DNA from: a virus
Direction: 5' to 3' (one strand)
Length of the DNA: 64,000 nucleotides
IMG/VR virus record: IMGVR_UViG_3300047287_000420
Span: 1-64,000 of that record
Under the pieces are notes generated by a model, which saw only the letters and a program-made list of their open reading frames with translations, was not told the DNA's origin and ran no database searches. Each line of letters opens with the position of its first letter. Within the stretch, counting starts at the first letter, position 1. Positions 51,923 through 61,754 of the stretch are shown here, piece after piece. Position numbers and translations under genes: made by a program.

Positions 51923-52152
51923 CAGGACTCACCGCCTTTTTCGTACTCTTCCCGAGTCTGCCAATCTTCCTTAGACCATTTGCTCAGGCGGTTTTCAGAA
52001 GACTTTTTGCCCTCGTAACGCCCACCGGACTCCTTGTAGTACTTCGTTGCCAATTGCATGGCACGTGCAGAATGGCCGCCAAGCTTTTTCCGTGCTTTAG
52101 CTTTGGCTCTGGCCCACTTTTCGGGATCTTTTTTCTGAGCTACTTCAGCCAT
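51922..52152 (-). CDS. DUF5872-like small basic protein
   Basis: HSARAMQLATKYYKESGGRYEG...LSKWSKEDWQT. Confidence 0.65.
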   Translation of the reverse strand: MAEVAQKKDPEKWARAKAKARKKLGGHSARAMQLATKYYKESGGRYEGKKSSENRLSKWSKEDWQTREEYEKGGES

Positions 52153-52412
52153 CAGTCCCGACCTTCCGTATTACGTTCAAACTTACGGCCGGCTTTACGC
52201 TCTTCTTTATATTTTTTGGCCCGCGTTTTGGCACGCGTAGCTTTAGACATCTCGCCGCGCCGATCACCTTTTTTAGTCGCCTCCTGGGTGCCTTCTTTCA
52301 GGTCGCCGGAGCGCTGAAGTTGCTTGGTTGCGATTGCATAAGCCGAAGATTCCGACATCTTCGGATTTTCTTTCATAATCGACTTGACTGCGTCGTCGAG
52401 TATGGCGGGCAT
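52152..52412 (-). CDS. Small basic protein
   Basis: MP.IL...V......SSAYAIAT..LQ.SG.LK.GT...T.KG. Confidence 0.7.
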   Translation of the reverse strand: MPAILDDAVKSIMKENPKMSESSAYAIATKQLQRSGDLKEGTQEATKKGDRRGEMSKATRAKTRAKKYKEERKAGRKFERNTEGRD

Positions 52413-52456
52413 AGATATATAAATGCTCTTAGAATTCTACTAGCTGGATTAGAACC

Positions 52457-52636
52457 ATGATTAATCATCTTACGGAAAACTGGACCGAAATCGTAGGTGT
52501 TTTGGCCGCTCTGCACATGCTGGCGCTAGCCATCGTCAACGTCACTCCGACGCCAAAAGACGATGAACTCTATGGCAAACTGTATAAGGTTATCGAAGTA
52601 ATTGCTGGTATCATTACCAAGCTGGCTAAAAAATAA
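52457..52636 (+). CDS. Holin-like small membrane protein (59 aa)
   Basis: Not in the track: MINHLTENWTEIVGVLAALHMLALAIVNVTPTPKDDELYGKLYKVIEVIAG... Confidence 0.65.
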   Translation: MINHLTENWTEIVGVLAALHMLALAIVNVTPTPKDDELYGKLYKVIEVIAGIITKLAKK

Positions 52637-53002
52637 TTAGGCGGCCACGGGGCTCGGTTCCCAGTAAACAGGCACTAACGAAAAAGGAGCGTCTTCTTGT
52701 TGGTTGACCCAACACAGAATACGCTCCTCTCTTTCTGGTGTCCAGAAGTACTGAGACCTGTACCAGGTGCACCAGTCTTCTGAACTTTTAAGGATGTTGC
52801 AATCGCCGCAGGCTGCGATGAGGTTTTTTCTAGTGGTAGCTCCCCCACGGGCTTTTGGCACAACGTGATCTAACGTTGTCGGATTTTCTTTACCGCAATA
52901 AGCGCAACAGCCCCAATCCTCAAATATTTGCTTTCGAAATCTCTTTTTGGCAAACCGCTTCTGTAAACAAGAAAGGTCAAAAAGAAGATCCCGTTCGCTC
53001 AC
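52637..53002 (-). CDS. HNH endonuclease
   Basis: CAYCG, TLDHVVPKARGG...NLIAACGDCN..K. Confidence 0.9.
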   Translation of the reverse strand: MSERDLLFDLSCLQKRFAKKRFRKQIFEDWGCCAYCGKENPTTLDHVVPKARGGATTRKNLIAACGDCNILKSSEDWCTWYRSQYFWTPEREERILCWVNQQEDAPFSLVPVYWEPSPVAA

Positions 53003-53113
53003 AAGTGTGAGTGCGGCTACACTTATTCTACCGAAATAATCGTAATTTACAGCTCGGCACTATCCACATCTATTAAAAAACAATCTGTGAGTTTGTAGTG
53101 CTTCCTTTAAAGT

Positions 53114-53641
53114 TTAAATAATCAAGTTTGTACCGGTCTCGCCAGAAGGAGCTGGTTGCGCGGGAGGCCATTGGGGCCAGTAGCTGTAGTCTGTTGTAGA
53201 TCCACCGGATGGAGTTGCGTAAGTTATGTAATTAGCAAGTTGGTCCGTGGTTTGAGTATTTCGAATTTCTAAAACTTTTGTTTCGCAGTAAACACGGATC
53301 TCCTGGCGCCAACTTTTAAGTCCACTCGGTACTGGAGTTCCGTTATCTGTTTCCCGGATAACAGTCCAATCGGACGGAACTAAAATAGTATTAGCAGTAT
53401 AACGAGTTTGATCAACCCAACCAGATACTAAAACTCCATGATCTTTGGGGATTAGAGTACCGCTTGCGGTATAACCCCAATAAAACCGTTGATCGTAATA
53501 CGGAGGATCTGGTACTTCAGTAATTCCAATCGCTTCGCGCTCCTCGACAGAGGAAAGACGCAGCCAGTTAGCTGGGTACTGAATACCGTTATGAGTAAAA
53601 GCCTGATCAGGAGACAGAGGCTTACCGTCTAACAGAAACAT
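53114..53641 (-). CDS. Tail-fibre-associated (assembly chaperone-like) protein
   Basis: MFLLDGKPL..D.AFTH.GIQYPANWLRL....ER.AIGI.E...YDQRFYWG, SDW..IR, directly after the fibre gene. Confidence 0.7.
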   Translation of the reverse strand: MFLLDGKPLSPDQAFTHNGIQYPANWLRLSSVEEREAIGITEVPDPPYYDQRFYWGYTASGTLIPKDHGVLVSGWVDQTRYTANTILVPSDWTVIRETDNGTPVPSGLKSWRQEIRVYCETKVLEIRNTQTTDQLANYITYATPSGGSTTDYSYWPQWPPAQPAPSGETGTNLII

Positions 53642-53724
53642 AACTCAGCCTTTTTTGTAATTATAGCCTACAACAATAAGTTGACTGGTGCTAACCTCTG
53701 CCCACGCTGTAATCGTGTTAACTA

Positions 53725-56046
53725 CTAGCGGGCGCGGGCGTATTGGAAGGGGTTTTCTGCGAAGGCAGCGTATAAATACGTATTGGACGCCCCATTGACC
53801 AAAATATTACTGGATCTGATCTTAAATCCATTCGAAAGAATATCAGTGCCATACGCTGCGTTGTCATCTTCGCCCAGATTTAAGTTGGGGAACAACGCAC
53901 GAGAAGCAACATTGAAAGAAGAGCGTTGCGTATCCAAAACTAGCCAGTTGTTTGTGTTACTGGCGGTGTAGTTTTTGATCATTATCCATCTTGGCCTGAA
54001 TCCTGTATAAACAAACGCGCCATCGGTGGTGCCAGTGCCAGTGTAACTGCCAAATGCGCTGTACCCAGCTACTGGGGCAAAGCAGTAGGCGACAAAAGTT
54101 CCGCCCGAGCCATTCACGTCTCCTTCAGAACCAAGGGTAAAAACTGTTGAACTCGGTGCTGTATCGTTAAACTGGCCCGCAGACCTAAAAGCTGCAGTAG
54201 CTGTAAAGAAAATTCCATTAAGCCACGTTAGGCTGGTGTGTCCTATGTACCAGTTTGTTGATGTGCTTCTCCGTTTGATAATGATCATGCCATTGCTGAG
54301 GCCGACTAAGCCGCCGTGCCCCACAGTTGCTCCAGCGGAACCTGTCCCCGTATAAGTAACAATCGAAAAGCCTGCACTAGTATTAGCCCTCACTTGCGAG
54401 CTGATCGTGCCGCTAGTGTTGGTGACTGTTGATGAGCCGGCGTCCCAGCACCATCCTGCAAAGGTGCCGTTGTTTACATTGTAAGATGAGTTACCTCCTA
54501 ATGAAAATCCATCACTCGTAAAGGCGGTCAATCCGTTGACCTCGGTAGTCTCTAGATCAAGTTTGTTGGGTCTGAGTTCTTTTGTGGCACCGCGAACTAC
54601 ATCAGTCATTAAGTGGTCGTAGGTGCTGCTGCGCGATTTAATCCAAACTAGATCCGGCGAGAATCCCAGTCCAGAAATCGTCCTCGCTGCACCGGTGCCG
54701 GTGTAGAGCGTCACATCCATCACCGTGTTACCTTTGGCAATCGTCGGCGTTGGCAGGTTGGTGTCGCACAGAGCCTTGAAGCCGCTGGGGGCGGTGTAGG
54801 CGAAGGGGCGTTGGCCGAAGTTGACCCAAGCCGAGCTGCCGCCAGAACTCAGCGCGGGGAAGTAATCATTAGCTGGAATGCCAGAGAAGGTATAAACAGA
54901 CGCACCGTTTTTGTATATGGTTGCTGTACCAGAGTCCGCGTTAAAAGCAACGCCAACAACATCGCCAGCAGCGTATGTAACGGTAGAGCCCGACGCAGTA
55001 ATACCCGCGCTAGAACGACGCCCTCCTGTGGTGTCTAAGCCAAAATAGGCAGTGCCGCCTGATCCGATGTAGTCTTTACCCCAATCGCTTGTAACAAAGC
55101 CAGTGGTTATCCCGTAAGAGATAAATGAGTCTATTGACGCTTCAAAATACCATTTGCCTGTCCGTACTCCGAACGTGGCAAAAGTTCCGTAGTTGGTACC
55201 GGCACTTGCTAGCGATAAGTTGAGATTGCCATTGCTAAGGTTTGCGTTCGAGTCTCTGTTTAGTGGATTAAGCGTGCAGTAGTTCCCCCTCACCTCCCCA
55301 CCAGCGCCTGAATCACCGCCATAAGAAGTTGGGCTATCTACCAGGGAATCGTTGCCTACACCAGCGGTGACGCTGAGGTTATTGGGCGTCCAGTTATTGC
55401 CGTTACCACTGGTGTCTTTACCTAGCGTGGTGGCGGTGTTGCTGCTGTTATCCGCAAACTTGAGCTGGAAGCCGTTGTTGCCGTAGCTGCCGTTGTATGC
55501 CTTGGGCACCCACTGGCCGGTGGTGGCGTTGGTTTCAGCGAAGCTCGACGGGGTTAGGGCTTGGCCATCGATGAAGTGGATGTCAGCAAGATAGCCATTG
55601 AAGAACTGAGCAGAATTGCCGCCAATGCGATGCACGGCCGCCGAATTGATTGAAGTATTTGTAAAAGTACCACTAGCGACGCTTACATTGTTGACGTAAA
55701 TTGTATGCAATGTGCCGCTTTGCGTAAAAACAATATGATACCAAGCGCTAAAATCGCGAAAAACAGCATCTGTAAGCAACTGCTGAGTCCCTGAAACAGT
55801 CATGCTCAGGAACTCGCTATTGAAGCGCCAGCAGTTAGAAGAATCGACGCCAAATATGTGCTGTGCTCCAGAAGCAGATGTTCGCTTGCACCAGAATGAA
55901 AAGGTGTAAGTGCCTTGGGATGTCGGGGTGCTGAACGTGCGACTTAAGCTAGTCGAATCCGCCGAGTTAAACCGCAACGACCGGCTGATCTGATACCCTG
56001 TATCTGCCGCAGAACCTAAAAGAAGCTCAGAACCAATAATACTCAT
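53725..56046 (-). CDS. Receptor-binding/fibre-tip protein with LamG and SPRY-like domains
   Basis: ISRSLRFN, FRD.SAWYHIV, GKWYFE, NFGQRPF.YT.PSGFKAL, GFSPDLVWIKSR, Y.AFAENPF. Confidence 0.8.
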   Translation of the reverse strand: MSIIGSELLLGSAADTGYQISRSLRFNSADSTSLSRTFSTPTSQGTYTFSFWCKRTSASGAQHIFGVDSSNCWRFNSEFLSMTVSGTQQLLTDAVFRDFSAWYHIVFTQSGTLHTIYVNNVSVASGTFTNTSINSAAVHRIGGNSAQFFNGYLADIHFIDGQALTPSSFAETNATTGQWVPKAYNGSYGNNGFQLKFADNSSNTATTLGKDTSGNGNNWTPNNLSVTAGVGNDSLVDSPTSYGGDSGAGGEVRGNYCTLNPLNRDSNANLSNGNLNLSLASAGTNYGTFATFGVRTGKWYFEASIDSFISYGITTGFVTSDWGKDYIGSGGTAYFGLDTTGGRRSSAGITASGSTVTYAAGDVVGVAFNADSGTATIYKNGASVYTFSGIPANDYFPALSSGGSSAWVNFGQRPFAYTAPSGFKALCDTNLPTPTIAKGNTVMDVTLYTGTGAARTISGLGFSPDLVWIKSRSSTYDHLMTDVVRGATKELRPNKLDLETTEVNGLTAFTSDGFSLGGNSSYNVNNGTFAGWCWDAGSSTVTNTSGTISSQVRANTSAGFSIVTYTGTGSAGATVGHGGLVGLSNGMIIIKRRSTSTNWYIGHTSLTWLNGIFFTATAAFRSAGQFNDTAPSSTVFTLGSEGDVNGSGGTFVAYCFAPVAGYSAFGSYTGTGTTDGAFVYTGFRPRWIMIKNYTASNTNNWLVLDTQRSSFNVASRALFPNLNLGEDDNAAYGTDILSNGFKIRSSNILVNGASNTYLYAAFAENPFQYARAR

Positions 56047-57140
56047 GATAAGTTACTAATAAAGGCAGCAGCAATATTAGACGAGGTGCGAGTTGCGTAT
56101 GCAATTACGTCAACACCAGAAACAGTGGTGGTTAAAGTTGGGGGTGTTCCGTCTTTAAAGTCCCACTCAGATGCGTAGCTGGCTGTGCGGCTACCAACGG
56201 AATCTTGTTGAATATAGATTACACCAGACTGACCCTCTTTTAAATCAGAGGGAGTATTTAAAGTCGAAGTTCCTCCAAGAATCATCGAAAAGTTATTGGC
56301 TGCCGAGAAATCAAGGGTTACCGTCCCACTAACGAGACCCAGACCACTAACCACGCCGCGCTGGGCTCGCTGGAAAAGCTGTACTTTTTCTAATGTTGCT
56401 TCGGTTTGCCAATTGATCGGATGGTTTGTATAAACCTCTACCCCAGATGTAACAGTGTTATATCGAAGGATGCCTAAATTTCCAGCAGGTCGTTGACTAT
56501 TGTCTCCCTGAGGTATGTCAACCCCTCTAGATGATGTAAAACTGGCGACACCGCTAGCGTCGACTTTAAAGACTTGAACACCGCCAGCTGTAAGTGCTAG
56601 TTCATCAGTAGCACTAAGATATAGACCTGTATTAGTGTCGCCCACGCCGATGCCTGGCGACGCGGCAGAACCAGCAACAAATACAATCTGTCCAGTTGCC
56701 GTATCTCCGCTTCGAATTAAACGAGTATCGGCCGAAGATAAAGCTGCATTACCGGAAGATAAAGCAGTCGAAGCAAGCGATAAAGCTGAATTACCACTTG
56801 CAAGTGCGGTTTGTGCAGTTGTCTGAGCAGACGCCGCATTAGTAAGAGCTGCGTTCCCCGAAGCCAACGCCGCCGTACCGACAGTTAAAGCAGCATTACC
56901 CGATGCCTGAGCTCTCCCGTCTATACCAAGTTGGGCAGAATCTCCAGTTTGAACCCAAATTAAACCGCTGGGATTAACAGCTAACTCAACATCTAAACGA
57001 ATATTTGTACTTACATCACCGCCGCCGGCTAAACCGCTTCCTGCAGTTACAACACCAGCCGAGACTCCAATAACGGAATCACCATCAGGTAACTCAGAAG
57101 TTAAACCACTGACTAAAACTAGCGGCCGACGCTGAGCCAT
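56043..57140 (-). CDS. Fibre/spike shaft protein
   Basis: ALASGNAAL repeats, GSAASPGI...DTNTGLY, C-terminal NNF...NP...GQSGVI.I.Q...G.PPTL...VDV domain. Confidence 0.75.
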   Translation of the reverse strand: MAQRRPLVLVSGLTSELPDGDSVIGVSAGVVTAGSGLAGGGDVSTNIRLDVELAVNPSGLIWVQTGDSAQLGIDGRAQASGNAALTVGTAALASGNAALTNAASAQTTAQTALASGNSALSLASTALSSGNAALSSADTRLIRSGDTATGQIVFVAGSAASPGIGVGDTNTGLYLSATDELALTAGGVQVFKVDASGVASFTSSRGVDIPQGDNSQRPAGNLGILRYNTVTSGVEVYTNHPINWQTEATLEKVQLFQRAQRGVVSGLGLVSGTVTLDFSAANNFSMILGGTSTLNTPSDLKEGQSGVIYIQQDSVGSRTASYASEWDFKDGTPPTLTTTVSGVDVIAYATRTSSNIAAAFISNLS

Positions 57141-57168
57141 GATTTAAAACCTCTTTAGTAAGTATAAC

Positions 57169-57672
57169 TCAGGGTACGAGAATGACGGGCGCTGATATTT
57201 CAATTTGAAGTTCAGTCGCACTTACAGCTGTACCTAGAATTACAAGTGCACCATACCCACTTGCTGCAACAACTGTACCAGAGCTAGTGGCGTAACGAGT
57301 TAACTTACCTTTGTACTTCGAAAGATAATAAGTATCGCCAGGTACTAAAGAAGATTCGCCAATAATATTTGCTGACGACACCGTAGCAGTATCATCAAGA
57401 ATTATACCGACAGTTGCGTTCTGCGAGGCAGAAGTAGCAGTAAGTCCCACTGCATTATATTCAGCGGCAGAAGCACCAGAAGCAGCAGTCGCGGGTACAG
57501 CCCACGTGCCGCTCACAAAAACAACGTCACCCTGCGCCAGATCTTGCGCAGCCAACAAGTTCTGTGTGCTACTTAAAGTGGTCGAAACACTAGACCCATT
57601 AAGCAACCAAACTTCAGTACCGTTCGGGGTATACGAGGTGTAGCGCCGATTAAATAACGATCTGTCCGTCAT
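57169..57672 (-). CDS. Putative decoration/cement protein
   Basis: AAQDLAQGDVVFV...AVGL...LVPGDTYYLS...G.LT...LGTAVSATEL. Confidence 0.6.
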   Translation of the reverse strand: MTDRSLFNRRYTSYTPNGTEVWLLNGSSVSTTLSSTQNLLAAQDLAQGDVVFVSGTWAVPATAASGASAAEYNAVGLTATSASQNATVGIILDDTATVSSANIIGESSLVPGDTYYLSKYKGKLTRYATSSGTVVAASGYGALVILGTAVSATELQIEISAPVILVP

Positions 57673-57721
57673 GCGCCGACACGAACTAATACTGCTCTAA
57701 CAATATTAGACGATTAAATTA

Positions 57722-58111
57722 CTACAGACCGGAGGCGCTGACAAAAAGAGGATTACTTACTTCAACTTCAAGCCCCGAGCTGCTAACAGCGCGGCCGACG
57801 CGTGTTAAGTAAGCACCGACAAGCGAGCTACCAGCTAAAGAAGTAATCCAGCTGGGATACTGAGTGATCGAACCGGACGTTAAAGAGAGATATTGGTACT
57901 CACCAGGAGTAAACCCGCTAAATGTTGTAGAAACACTATCGGGGTTTACTCGAATAAGGGAGCCGACAGAGCCTGAATCAAGAGCGATGCCGGCCACAGT
58001 GGCCTGAGGTGCAGTTAAAGCACTTGCTTTATAAACCAAACCATTAGAGCTGACGTAGACAGCGTTATTAGCAGAGATTGTTTCTCCAGCTACAAAAGAA
58101 AGAAGCGCCAC
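57722..58111 (-). CDS. Putative decoration/cement protein, paralogue of 57169-57672
   Basis: AGETISANNAVYV...AGIAL...FTPGEYQYLS...VGRAVSSSGL. Confidence 0.6.
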   Translation of the reverse strand: MALLSFVAGETISANNAVYVSSNGLVYKASALTAPQATVAGIALDSGSVGSLIRVNPDSVSTTFSGFTPGEYQYLSLTSGSITQYPSWITSLAGSSLVGAYLTRVGRAVSSSGLEVEVSNPLFVSASGL

Positions 58112-58310
58112 TACGCACCTTAACAGTTAGTGTAATTTTACTTCCCTTGGCCTCTGTAGCGTTTCTTCCCCCGTCGTTCTGGACGGGAGTTAATTCCGTG
58201 TCCAATCGATGTTGTCTTAGGCTTGGACTCAATTTTGTTAAGTACGCCTTTTGGTTTAGCCATAAAAAAGAATTTGATCAGGCACGACTATAGGAGATAA
58301 AACCCTCAAG

Positions 58311-59111
58311 TCAAGAAACGTTGTTCATTGTCACAATAACAGAAGGAATACCAGGAATTGAAGGCGATACAGAACCACTAGCAGCCACTAACTTTACATT
58401 AGTATCAGAAGAGTACCAGTATATTTGGGCGTATTCATTTGTGTTCATGCTTAAGAAAAAGTTCCACGCGGCAACTTGGCGCTCAGAAGAACCCTCTACA
58501 ACAACTGTTGTGTTACTCCAAGGCACATCAGTTCCATTCTTGCGTAACCAAATATCAACAGTTGCTTTATTAGCACTAGATTTTTCTAATTGCGTAGAGA
58601 ACTGTATGTCATATACCCCTGAGTTGGCGACACGGAGCATCGAGCCAGAAACAACTGTGATTCCACGCGAATCGGCGATGTTGTTATACGTAAAAGCGTT
58701 GCCACTCACAGAGGCATTCGTCTGAGTTGTGGTGTCAAAAGCATTAAGTAGATAGGTTTGATAAACAGCGCCGCTAGGACCAGTGGCTCCTGTCGAACCT
58801 ATAACTCCGGTGGGACCTGTAACCCCTAATGGGCCGGTAGGGCCGATTGGACCGGTCGCACCAACAAAACCAGAAGCAACAATGTTTGACGCTATACCGC
58901 TGACAGCAACAGTAAAACCTGGAAGTTTTTCAAGAGAATTCTGAATTCCGCTAAGTGAGATTTGTTTGGGTTGTGCAAGTGCTTGAACTTCTTCAAGATC
59001 AAGCACAAGGAATACATCATCAGTTGTTACTTCACGAGTCTCATTAAGATCTACGAGCGACTGAGACAGACGATTAAAGTCCAGAGCTTTATTAAGATTC
59101 TTCCTAACCAT
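58311..59111 (-). CDS. Short collagen-like protein with a C1q/BclA-like C-terminal domain
   Basis: About 11 Gly-X-Y triplets, then [12 protein letters not shown]...IWLRKNG. Confidence 0.7.
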   Translation of the reverse strand: MVRKNLNKALDFNRLSQSLVDLNETREVTTDDVFLVLDLEEVQALAQPKQISLSGIQNSLEKLPGFTVAVSGIASNIVASGFVGATGPIGPTGPLGVTGPTGVIGSTGATGPSGAVYQTYLLNAFDTTTQTNASVSGNAFTYNNIADSRGITVVSGSMLRVANSGVYDIQFSTQLEKSSANKATVDIWLRKNGTDVPWSNTTVVVEGSSERQVAAWNFFLSMNTNEYAQIYWYSSDTNVKLVAASGSVSPSIPGIPSVIVTMNNVS

Positions 59112-59118
59112 TTTTCGG

Positions 59119-60204
59119 TTAACTATTACTTCTAAGTGTATACCAACCCTGTTCGTGAAGATTAGTTAAATCAGTAAACACACGGTTGTACTTATCGCCG
59201 CAGGCTTCAAGACTGTACTTTTCTCTAGCAGTCTCGGAAATAACCTTGCGATCTAGCGAGTCTGCTTTATCAACAGCATCAAGCCAATCTTGAAGAGTCC
59301 GGCACCTAAATCCTGTAACACCATCAATAACCGTTTCAGTAAAAGCCCCGTAATCAACCGAGATTAAAGGAGTACCGCAAAGCATAGCTTCGACTCCACT
59401 GCCCCCAAACGGCTCCGTGAAGACAGTTGGCATTAAAGCAGCCCGAGCGTTCTTTAAAAACTCAGATCGTTTCTTACCGCTTATAGGGCCACCATAATGA
59501 ATATTCGGATGAGTCCAAGGTGTCGGATCGCCTTGTCCGTGAAGGATTATCGGCCACGGGGATCTCTGAGCGATTTCGTAAATGGTGTCCAAGCCTTTTA
59601 AGGAAGTTATACGACCTAGAAAAGCTAAATAACTACCCGGTTCATAAGATGCTTCCCAGTCATCTACATCAAAATAGTTTGGAATAACCCACTCATAATT
59701 CTTTCCTCCTCGGTTTTCCTTACCTTGATGGACGTGCATCCAAGCGTAAGATTCATAGATATGAAAAGCATCAGACATCGTTGTTGGGTACCCGATGCCA
59801 GTTTCTACATGTTGATGATTAGGGAAAATCTCTAACAAACGACTATGGGCGTGACCAAAGGGATGGCAAATAATATCCTTTGGTTTTAAACGACTCTGTA
59901 ATCGAGGTATTAGCTTACTTTCAAACAACTGATGGCCTTCACTACCAACCACGGCGACATCGCCGTAAAACTCTGATTTTCGACGGGAACCGTAAAGAGA
60001 TTCAAACTCAGACTCATCTAAAATTTGAACATGCTCACAGGCTTCAGATTCACTACCGTAATTACTATATTCGATGACATCATATCCTTGCGCTTTAAGC
60101 ATTTTAGAAAAGCGCAAGACTTTTCCAGTAAAAGCACAATGTGAAAACTCTTGAGTAACTTTAGTGTGAAATAAACCTATTAAATGAAGTGTAGGTTTGT
60201 TCAA
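59119..60204 (-). CDS. GT4-like glycosyltransferase
   Basis: FLGRITSLKG, EPFGGSGVEAMLCGTP, ETVIDGVTGF. Confidence 0.88.
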   Translation of the reverse strand: MNKPTLHLIGLFHTKVTQEFSHCAFTGKVLRFSKMLKAQGYDVIEYSNYGSESEACEHVQILDESEFESLYGSRRKSEFYGDVAVVGSEGHQLFESKLIPRLQSRLKPKDIICHPFGHAHSRLLEIFPNHQHVETGIGYPTTMSDAFHIYESYAWMHVHQGKENRGGKNYEWVIPNYFDVDDWEASYEPGSYLAFLGRITSLKGLDTIYEIAQRSPWPIILHGQGDPTPWTHPNIHYGGPISGKKRSEFLKNARAALMPTVFTEPFGGSGVEAMLCGTPLISVDYGAFTETVIDGVTGFRCRTLQDWLDAVDKADSLDRKVISETAREKYSLEACGDKYNRVFTDLTNLHEQGWYTLRSNS

Positions 60205-60233
60205 CGGTAGGACTAAGGCACTATGTTGAGATC

Positions 60234-61751
60234 TTACTGCATGTCATTCAACATTCGGCAAGCAAGCCTTGTCGATGACTGAACGTAGTAACAAAGAACA
60301 TCAACTTTTCCGACGCCGACAGACAGAGTTGGTGCGGTTCCTCCGGGGAAATCGTAATAAGAAGCGTAAGCAAGCGTGCCACCAGTCGAGCCCTGGGTAA
60401 TAACAATCACCCCAGCTTGACCTTCTACAACGTTTGTCGGATTTCCTAAAGTTCTATTGCCGTTGATAGTGAGAGTAAAATTATTCCGAGTATTTAAATC
60501 TACTGAAACCGTTGCAGCGTCAGTAAGTGCTGTTGGCGTAATTCTATTAGCGCCTGTAAAACTCTGTGTGTTAGCAAGAATAGCTGCACCGGAAGGCTGA
60601 GGTCCTGTTGGGCCTGTTGCGCCTTGTGTACCCGTTACGCCTTGGGGTCCAGTAGCGCCGGTCGTACCTACTCCCGTAGCGCCAGTGACTCCCACGGCGC
60701 CTTGAACGCCGGTAGCTCCTGTTACACCAACAACACCAGTAGCGCCAGTTACGCCAACAACACCTGTTGCTCCAGTAACCCCCACAGCGCCTTGAGGACC
60801 AGTGGCACCTGTTACACCGACAACACCTTGGACACCTGTTGCTCCGGTAACTCCCACGGCGCCTTGAGGACCAGTGGCACCTGTTTCACCTACGGCTCCT
60901 GTGGCACCAGATACACCAACAATTCCCTGAGGACCGGTTGGTCCCGTAATGCCTTGCGGGCCAGTAGCTCCTGTTTCCCCGACAGCACCTTGAACACCGG
61001 TAGCTCCCGTTACACCGACAACGCCGGTGGCCCCGCTAATCCCAACAACGCCGGTCGCGCCTGTGTCCCCGGTTGGTCCTTGAGCGCCAGTGGCACCAGT
61101 TACTCCAATTGGGCCGGTTTCTCCAATAGGTCCAGTAGCTCCAGTAACGCCTACAACACCAGTTGCTCCACTAACACCAACAACACCAGTAGCTCCCGTG
61201 ACACCAACTGGGCCGGTAACGCCAGTAGACCCAACCGGACCCGTAGCTCCAGTGGCCCCTCCAGGATCACCTTGAGGTCCCGTAGCTCCGGTAGTACCTG
61301 CAGGCCCTGTGGCTCCTGTTATGCCACGGGGGCCTGTGGCTCCAATGTTTCCTTGCGGTCCTGTAGCTCCTGAGATACCAATAGGACCCGTCGCTCCGGT
61401 GGGTCCCTCTACACCTGTCGGGCCGGTCGCACCGCCGGGGCTACCCTGAGGACCGGTTGCGCCGGTTGTACCTACTCCAGTTGCTCCGGTAGCGCCAACA
61501 GAACCAGAGGCACCTGTAGCACCAGTCGCGCCGGCGGCGCCTGTCGCACCGGAGGGGCCGCCAGAAGGACCAGTAGGTCCCTGAGGACCTGTAGCACCGG
61601 TTGCCCCAGACCCTGCAATTGTTACAACAGAGCCAGAAAGATTTTTAGTCTGTAAACCACCTGTTGAGGTGTTGATAACTATCTGACCTACTTCTATTTC
61701 GCTAGCGTCTACACCAGAGGGACTTGTGTTGAAATAAACTTTATTTGCCAT
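60234..61751 (-). CDS. Long collagen-like fibre protein
   Basis: About 330 aa of GAT/GVT/GPQ triplets. C-terminal domain paralogous to that of 56043-57140. Confidence 0.9.
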   Translation of the reverse strand: MANKVYFNTSPSGVDASEIEVGQIVINTSTGGLQTKNLSGSVVTIAGSGATGATGPQGPTGPSGGPSGATGAAGATGATGASGSVGATGATGVGTTGATGPQGSPGGATGPTGVEGPTGATGPIGISGATGPQGNIGATGPRGITGATGPAGTTGATGPQGDPGGATGATGPVGSTGVTGPVGVTGATGVVGVSGATGVVGVTGATGPIGETGPIGVTGATGAQGPTGDTGATGVVGISGATGVVGVTGATGVQGAVGETGATGPQGITGPTGPQGIVGVSGATGAVGETGATGPQGAVGVTGATGVQGVVGVTGATGPQGAVGVTGATGVVGVTGATGVVGVTGATGVQGAVGVTGATGVGTTGATGPQGVTGTQGATGPTGPQPSGAAILANTQSFTGANRITPTALTDAATVSVDLNTRNNFTLTINGNRTLGNPTNVVEGQAGVIVITQGSTGGTLAYASYYDFPGGTAPTLSVGVGKVDVLCYYVQSSTRLACRMLNDMQ

Positions 61752-61754
61752 TGC

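Noticed and set aside
60624-61373. 249-aa and 61-aa plus-strand ORFs over the collagen gene
   Set aside because: Antisense shadows of the Gly-X-Y repeat.
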